DNA of 64,000 bases from Candidatus Micrarchaeota archaeon (GTDB lineage Archaea > Micrarchaeota > Micrarchaeia > Norongarragalinales > Norongarragalinaceae), in NCBI GenBank assembly GCA_016207165.1, contig JACQQD010000011.1, positions 32,001-96,000 of the forward strand. The letters run 5' to 3'. Made by a program: the position numbers and the translations under genes. This document shows, in pieces, positions 58,389-64,000 of the stretch. Position 1 is the stretch's first letter, and every line of letters begins with the position of its first letter. The notes beneath the pieces were generated by a model that was not told the origin of the DNA, ran no database searches, and worked only from the letters and a program-made list of their open reading frames with translations.

Positions 58389-58505
58389 ATATCCGATTTT
58401 GATATAGTGATGGCCGTCCGCATTAAATAGCTTTACGGCCCAAGCGCGCCCAGGCGAGGGCGCCGGAAAAACGGAACTTGAAAAAAGGAGGACCGAACCC
58501 GCCGC

Positions 58506-58991
58506 CTAAACGGCCACGATCTTGCCGACGGCCATGCGCATGCTGCAGCCGTATTCCAAAGTCTGGCCTTTCTGCATGGAAGGCAAGTCAAACGCGACGG
58601 GCTGTCCTTTGGGCAGTGGCGCGGATTTGCCGAGGCTGTAAAACACGACGGAATTGGCGCACCCCGCCTCGTCCACGCGCGTCATGGTCAAGTGGATGGG
58701 TTTGCCGGATTGGACCTGCAACACGTTGGGTTGGTACCGGAACGATTCAAGCCGGATTTCGGCGTCCTGCGCGTCCGGGGTGCCCCCGCCAACACCGGGA
58801 AGAAGTCCGGGTTGCGGGGCCGTGTTTTGGGCGCCGTTCAAGTAGAAGGCGTACGAAGCCGTCAACCCGACCAAAACCAAAAACGCCAATACTCCGAAGT
58901 ACATGGCGTTGTCCGATTTGGCGGCCGGCGGTTGCGGCGGGCAGTCTTTGCAGGCCGCATCGTCTTGGGATTGCGAAGAAGAATCCGTCAT
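58506..58991 (-). CDS. Membrane-anchored cupredoxin-like protein
   Basis: TM segment, YQPNVLQV..GKP, GCAN, YGCSMRM. Confidence 0.8.
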   Translation of the reverse strand: MTDSSSQSQDDAACKDCPPQPPAAKSDNAMYFGVLAFLVLVGLTASYAFYLNGAQNTAPQPGLLPGVGGGTPDAQDAEIRLESFRYQPNVLQVQSGKPIHLTMTRVDEAGCANSVVFYSLGKSAPLPKGQPVAFDLPSMQKGQTLEYGCSMRMAVGKIVAV

Positions 58992-59025
58992 GTGCGTTAA
59001 TCCAATTCTTTTTTCGCGCCCATAT

Positions 59026-59787
59026 TTATGTGGCTTGCGGTAGGTACGGGAAAAGCAGGTACGCGGCGGCCAAAGCCAAAACCAGGCTTGACAAGCCTCG
59101 AAGGATGCGGATGAACGACGGGGTATTCGGAAGGCTTTGGCGGGCTTCAAGAGCCAGGTACGTGGCCGCAAACATGGCCAGCGCGGAAACCAAGACGAAA
59201 AAGAAAAAGGCAGGGGCCACGGTTTGAACTCCGGTTGCCAAGGGAAACACGAACAACGCAAGCAGTACCGGCGTGGTGCAGAAGGCGCCGGTCAACCCGT
59301 AGAAAAAACCGATGGAGAAAAAACCTCGGGGACGCCCAGCTGGCATCAAACGCGGCGCCGGAAGATAGCGGGCCAGCGGCACGTCAAACCAAAGAAAGAC
59401 GGCAAGCACCGCCAACGCGAGGCCGGCTAAAATGCGGGTGTTGACCAGAAAACCGGCCAACGCCGAACCGAACAGCCAAAGCACGCCCAAGGCCAACGCA
59501 TAAAACGCGGCAAGGCCAGTGGCCGCAAACGCCGCCAACGCCCAAAACGGCGCTTGGGGTTTTTGGGCGTTGAACACGAGGCTGACCATGGCGGGAAACG
59601 CGGCGAGGCTGCATGGATTGAAAAACGCCACCAAACCCCCCAACGCGGCAAAAGCCATGAAAATCGCGGGAGGCATTTGCTCGGGCGCCAGGCCGCCGGC
59701 GGCGAAAGCGACGAGTTGGGGGGCGAGAAAAAGGCCGAGTGCAAGCACGACCGTCAAGGCGGCCACGTAGGCAACAAAGCGTGTCAT
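59026..59787 (-). CDS. CcdA/DsbD-like transmembrane redox protein
   Basis: AFFNPCSL and FCTTP; multiple TM segments. Confidence 0.8.
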   Translation of the reverse strand: MTRFVAYVAALTVVLALGLFLAPQLVAFAAGGLAPEQMPPAIFMAFAALGGLVAFFNPCSLAAFPAMVSLVFNAQKPQAPFWALAAFAATGLAAFYALALGVLWLFGSALAGFLVNTRILAGLALAVLAVFLWFDVPLARYLPAPRLMPAGRPRGFFSIGFFYGLTGAFCTTPVLLALFVFPLATGVQTVAPAFFFFVLVSALAMFAATYLALEARQSLPNTPSFIRILRGLSSLVLALAAAYLLFPYLPQAT

Positions 59788-60206
59788 GGGCGGCGCTCCA
59801 TGGCTTGCGCACAGAAGTGGCAGCAGTACGTCCGTCCGCGATAATCGTGGCCGCCTTCAAACACTTTGCACCCGCAGTGCGCGCACGTTTTGATCCGGGC
59901 GCCCAACGCCGCCTGCAAGAGCCCGCCAAAATGCGTCAACAAAACGGCGACCTGGGTGCGTCCCTTCGGAGTCAAATCAAACACGGTGGCGCGGCCCTTT
60001 CGTTTTGACCGGATCCACTTTTTCTTTTCCAACTCCCGCAAAAAAGGGTAGACGTGACTGGCGCTGACTTTCTGGTTGAGTTGACGGCCCACATCCAAAA
60101 TAAGTTGGTAACCATGGGCCGGCGTTTGGTTCAACCGCAAAAGAATGGATAGGCGCAACAGGTTGTGCACTTTGGGAATCGTCGGTTTCATGGTTTTCTC
60201 AAGCAC
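59784..60206 (-). CDS. PadR-family regulator with a C-terminal Cys metal-binding (TRASH-like) domain
   Basis: HGYQL...VYPFL..LE, then CAHCGC...YCCHFCA. Confidence 0.82.
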   Translation of the reverse strand: MLEKTMKPTIPKVHNLLRLSILLRLNQTPAHGYQLILDVGRQLNQKVSASHVYPFLRELEKKKWIRSKRKGRATVFDLTPKGRTQVAVLLTHFGGLLQAALGARIKTCAHCGCKVFEGGHDYRGRTYCCHFCAQAMERRP

Positions 60207-60210
60207 GATC

Positions 60211-60948
60211 CTACTCGGCCAGCTTCCGCTTGGCCCGATTCAGGTGGACGTTCGTCTTCTGCACCCACGTAGCATAGGCATCGGCTTTGCGCTCCTCTTC
60301 TTGGGTCATGGCCGCCGGCGCGACGATGGGCTCGGGGTAAACGGATTGCAAAAGCCGCGTAATCGGCTTGAGGACGTAGGAGCCCTCCCGGATGTGGGCC
60401 AGTTCATGCAATAAGACGGCCTGCATCTGCCGCTCCGACAGCGTTTCAGACATGCCGACGGTGATGAATATGGCGGGCCTCAATCCGCCGGTGGAGTACG
60501 CCTCAGGCCTACCCGAATCCACGATGAAGACGTCGGGCGCCTTCCGCATTCCCAATTCCCCGGCGTGCCGATGGATGAAGCGTTGCCAGCGCCCGGCTTC
60601 CGGCTGCGCCCGCCAACGGTGAAGCATTGGAACCACCAGCAACCCGAAGGCCAAACCCAAAGCCAAGGTGATGGGAATGACGTAAAGCAGCGTCTGCGTC
60701 AGACCCACTTCGCAAAGTCCGGCCTGCTTGCAGGTCAGCGTGGTGGCAAAGAAGACCAACGGAAACAGCAACAACGCCACGTGAGCATGCATGAGAATCG
60801 AGCGTGTTCTCGCGGAAAATCCCAAGTAGCGGGATGACAAAATAAGCAAGACGGCGAAAGCCAGGCTTGCCGCTACCAGCGTGACGTTGGTGCCGTCCTG
60901 AAAGAACAGCGTCCCGGCATCAATGACGTGATCGGCCATACCCCACAT
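60211..60948 (-). CDS. M56/M48-family membrane metallopeptidase (BlaR1-like)
   Basis: TM segments, AVLLHELAH, EERKADAYA. Confidence 0.82.
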   Translation of the reverse strand: MWGMADHVIDAGTLFFQDGTNVTLVAASLAFAVLLILSSRYLGFSARTRSILMHAHVALLLFPLVFFATTLTCKQAGLCEVGLTQTLLYVIPITLALGLAFGLLVVPMLHRWRAQPEAGRWQRFIHRHAGELGMRKAPDVFIVDSGRPEAYSTGGLRPAIFITVGMSETLSERQMQAVLLHELAHIREGSYVLKPITRLLQSVYPEPIVAPAAMTQEEERKADAYATWVQKTNVHLNRAKRKLAE

Positions 60949-61001
60949 ACGTACGACTTTCCCGCTCCGGCTTTATATCAGTTTCCGATATAGTTCTTGC
61001 G

Positions 61002-61361
61002 TCATTTGTTCTTGCGGTACTTTTCGTCGAAATAGTTGATGGCCGAGTCCCCAAAACGCGCCACCAGGCGGTCCACGGCTTGTTGCACGATGCTTTTCTG
61101 GAATTGTTCCCTGGATTGCAGGGGGCGGTAGATGTACGCCAAGCCGCCGCGGCCGGTGGTGATGCGGCGTGAGACCAGTTTGCGTGCATACAGCCGGTCC
61201 AGCGTCACCGCCACGCTGGTCTGGGCGCACGGGTGGCGCTTCCTGATTCGGCCGTAAATCTCGCGTACTTTAGCCTCCCCCCCGGATTCCCAGAGCGTCT
61301 CAAGGATCTTGGATTCCAAGGGGCTAAGCACATCCGATACGGCGTCGGCTTTCTTGACCAT
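61002..61361 (-). CDS. BlaI/MecI/CopY-family repressor
   Basis: LSPLESKILETLW...TSVAVTLDRL...YIYRP. Confidence 0.88.
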   Translation of the reverse strand: MVKKADAVSDVLSPLESKILETLWESGGEAKVREIYGRIRKRHPCAQTSVAVTLDRLYARKLVSRRITTGRGGLAYIYRPLQSREQFQKSIVQQAVDRLVARFGDSAINYFDEKYRKNK

Positions 61362-61484
61362 ACCACGGATTGGCACACCAGGCTATATATGCATTTCTTT
61401 TACGCAAAGCATTTCATTTAATGAAAAGATATTTAATAGATGTAACACTAATGCGTTGCATTACAAAATGAGGTTGAATGAAAA

Positions 61485-62606
61485 ATGAGTTTACGAAACA
61501 CCCCCCTACACGCGCGCCAAAACCGGATGGAAAGCATCGCCCTCGTGCTTGCCGCCGCGACTCTGATGATAGCCTCTTTCTCACTTTGGCAATCCGTGGA
61601 GGCCGGCAACACCCTGGAATCCAGACTAGCCGTACCCACGCCCTTGCCGTTGCCCAAAATCAACGTCATCCAATTAGTCAACCCGGTATGCGCGGACTGC
61701 TGGAACGCAAAAAGCGTTATGCAAACGCTTCCTTCTCTCGCGTCCGTTGAGGCACGCCTCGTTGATTTCCAGACTCCGGAAGGCCAAGCGCTGATCCAGC
61801 AATTCAACGTCACGAAAGCGCCAACCGCGATTGTCACCGGCCAGATTGACGACGCCCGTTTGCGGCCCTTTCTTTCGCAAGGCTGGACCCGTCGCGGCGA
61901 TGCCTACGTTTTCGTGGCCCAGGAACCCGTCTACTTCAACCCCCAGACGCTTGAAGTCACCGGCCGCGTTGAATTGACCCGCGTCGTTGAGCCCTCCTGC
62001 ACATCGTGCGTCAATTTGGCTCCCTTAACCGAACAACTCAAGCAGGCCGGAATCGCCATCGGTTCGGAACAAGAATTCAACGCCAGGTCACCAGAAGGCA
62101 CAAGACTCATCCAAAGATACAATGCGACCACGTTGCCCTTGCTCATCCTTTCCAAAGACGCCCAAACCTACCCCCGCTTCCTGCAGGCCTGGCAGGACGT
62201 GGGTTCCGTCGAACCGGATGGCGCACTGGTCTGGCGCCAGGCGACGCCGCCGTATTTGAACTTGACGTCCAACCAAACCGAGGGCATCGTGGACCTGACG
62301 GAATTGGTGGACGCCTCCTGCACGTCCTGCTACGACGTCAAGACCCACCAAGCCATCCTGGCCAATTTCGGAGTGGTCATCGGCAACGTCACGCGCTGGG
62401 ACGTGAAAACCGTCCAAGGACGCGGGCTGATTGAAAAATACGACGTCAAGCAGGTGCCCACTGTGCTTCTGTCTCCGGATGCTGGACTGTACGACGCACT
62501 GACTTCAATCTGGACGCAGGTCGGCAGCCAAGAGCCGGATGGCGCGTTCGTCTTCCGCAACATGGAGGCCCTTGGCAACGCGACCGCGGTCAACGTGACC
62601 CGGTGA
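61485..62606 (+). CDS. Membrane-anchored protein with three thioredoxin-like CxxC repeats
   Basis: CADC, CTSC and CTSC, each followed by G..LI..Y/F.V..P. Confidence 0.8.
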   Translation: MSLRNTPLHARQNRMESIALVLAAATLMIASFSLWQSVEAGNTLESRLAVPTPLPLPKINVIQLVNPVCADCWNAKSVMQTLPSLASVEARLVDFQTPEGQALIQQFNVTKAPTAIVTGQIDDARLRPFLSQGWTRRGDAYVFVAQEPVYFNPQTLEVTGRVELTRVVEPSCTSCVNLAPLTEQLKQAGIAIGSEQEFNARSPEGTRLIQRYNATTLPLLILSKDAQTYPRFLQAWQDVGSVEPDGALVWRQATPPYLNLTSNQTEGIVDLTELVDASCTSCYDVKTHQAILANFGVVIGNVTRWDVKTVQGRGLIEKYDVKQVPTVLLSPDAGLYDALTSIWTQVGSQEPDGAFVFRNMEALGNATAVNVTR

Positions 62607-62682
62607 ATGCGTTACAAGCGTTGCAAAGGTTTATTAACATGAAGTGTTTCATATAATGTAATGCTTTTCGAGAGGTGTCTAG

Positions 62683-63474
62683 ATGAAAGAGAATGAACCG
62701 TCGCATCATCATGATCCAACGCAACGCGCGCAGGAGTCTCATGGAAACGCGGAACGGACTCGTCCGCACTGGCTTTGGACCTTGTTCCTGCTCACCGCGT
62801 TTTCCGTGGCCATCATGGCGTTCAACCAGCTTCAAATCGCGGACATTCAATACGGCATGGCCACGTATGCGGCCGCCGAGATAACGACAGGCTCCGGCAC
62901 GCCCGTCGGCTCGTCTGGCGCATCGGACGGAATTTCCGCGGCCAACCTTCAGGCGTTGGCGGACCGCATCATTCCCCGCGGAATACCCGCCGTCTACGGC
63001 AATGAACTGGGCGTGTCGTACGACGACCCCGTCTCGGCCATGAAAGTCATGGCACCCATGGATGACGGCATCACGCTCTCGGCTGAACAAAACGCGCGGT
63101 ACGTGAAAATAGCCTCGCCGATTTCCTGCGAGTACTGTTGCGGCGCCGAGTCCATCATTTTCCCCAACGGACAGGCGGCGTGCGGCTGCCAGCACTCGTA
63201 CGCCATGCGGGGCCTGGCCAAGTATCTGATTACGAAGCACGGCACCCAGTACACGGATGAACAAGTCCTGGAGGAGTTGGGCAAGTGGAAGACGCTGTTC
63301 TTCCCCAAACAGATTCTAACCAAGGCCCTGGCCTTTGAATCCGCTGGAAAGGACGTCAACACCATCGATTTGACGTCGAACAAGTACCGCGGGTTCACCG
63401 CGCAAAGTGCCGCGGCATCCGCTGGCCAAGCGCAGGGAGTCGCCGGCTTGCCGAACATGGTCGGCGGTTGTTGA
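62683..63474 (+). CDS. Membrane-anchored Cys-rich protein ending LPNMVGGC
   Basis: TM segment, CEYCCG, CGCQH. Confidence 0.8.
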   Translation: MKENEPSHHHDPTQRAQESHGNAERTRPHWLWTLFLLTAFSVAIMAFNQLQIADIQYGMATYAAAEITTGSGTPVGSSGASDGISAANLQALADRIIPRGIPAVYGNELGVSYDDPVSAMKVMAPMDDGITLSAEQNARYVKIASPISCEYCCGAESIIFPNGQAACGCQHSYAMRGLAKYLITKHGTQYTDEQVLEELGKWKTLFFPKQILTKALAFESAGKDVNTIDLTSNKYRGFTAQSAAASAGQAQGVAGLPNMVGGC

Positions 63475-63494
63475 AAAGGGAGGACTGAAAGAAA

Positions 63495-63650
63495 ATGCAA
63501 CGATGCAAGAAATGCCAAAAGCCGTACCTTTCGTGTTGCGGCGACACAAGCGAGTACTGTTTCGATTGCCAGCCGCGCGAGAAAGGGATGTGCGCCATTG
63601 ACGCGCCAAAAAAAACCGCAAAGATAAAGGGAGGTCATCGCCATGGATAA
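63495..63650 (+). CDS. 51-aa Cys-rich microprotein (7 Cys)
   Basis: MQRCKKCQKPYLSCCGDTSEYCFDCQPREKGMCAIDAPKKTAKIKGGHRHG; overlaps the next gene's start. Confidence 0.6.
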   Translation: MQRCKKCQKPYLSCCGDTSEYCFDCQPREKGMCAIDAPKKTAKIKGGHRHG

Positions 63651-63924
63651 GATCGTCATTCTATCGGCTCTCATGGGCCTGGTGCTGGTCGCCTCGGCGT
63701 TCCAGGCATTCGAGTTAAACGGCCTGAAAAACCAGTTGTACGCCAAGACCGGCGCCGTCGCGCTTTCTTCAGCCCCAGCGCAACTTGCTTCCGGCGGGGG
63801 CGAAACGTATGAACAAATGATGCAACGCATGCACCCCGACCAGTTCGCACAACAACAGGCCGCCAGCGCGGCGGTGGGTGGAAACGCGCTCAACGGATTG
63901 CCGAACATGGTGGGAGGATGCTGA
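63643..63924 (+). CDS. Small exported protein ending LPNMVGGC
   Basis: GGAGGT SD, signal or TM segment, MMQRMH. Confidence 0.8.
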   Translation: MDKIVILSALMGLVLVASAFQAFELNGLKNQLYAKTGAVALSSAPAQLASGGGETYEQMMQRMHPDQFAQQQAASAAVGGNALNGLPNMVGGC

Positions 63925-63928
63925 AACC

Positions 63929-64000
63929 ATGGACCACATGTTGGCGTTGACGGCCTTGTTGGCATTGGTTTTGGTGGCCGCGGCATTCCAAAGCGTTGAA
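63929..64000 (+). CDS. Paralogue of the preceding small protein, truncated by the window edge
   Basis: MDHMLALTALLALVLVAAAFQSVE versus MDKIVILSALMGLVLVASAFQAFE. Confidence 0.65.
   Translation, partial: MDHMLALTALLALVLVAAAFQSVE

Overview
Archaeal chromosomal segment. Markers are eS26, the A-type ATP synthase, ABCE1, an archaeal-type TrpRS, a BHB-intron tRNA and TATA-box promoters. The gene repertoire suggests a DPANN lineage, perhaps Micrarchaeota, which is inference only. In order, the window holds: a RelE/RHH toxin-antitoxin pair; a RhlE helicase; tRNA-Ser(CGA) with a 118-nt intron; a TrpY-like regulator divergent from trpEGDCBA (no trpF); a complete bacterial-type shikimate/Phe/Tyr operon followed by trpS; an ornithine decarboxylase; several ORFans; tRNA-Val and tRNA-Glu; ahcY; the ATP synthase operon; dinB; ABCE1; and a copper/thiol-redox cluster. 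Four signals stand out. (1) A 21-aa Trp/Phe/Tyr-rich leader peptide with mutually exclusive hairpins sits upstream of the aro operon, the geometry of a ribosome-mediated attenuator, here in an archaeon. (2) trpE has no in-frame start covering its conserved N-terminus, and the first likely AUG reaches the TrpE frame by a +1 shift at CUU-UGG, a candidate Trp-sensing frameshift. (3) Short hairpin elements sit between recoded duplicates of gene termini at trpS, tRNA-Glu, atpB and atpD, and one hairpin type recurs in the tRNA-Ser intron. (4) A length-conserved, covarying double-hairpin element occurs twice in inverted orientation. All calls come from reading the sequence and recognising motifs; no searches were run.
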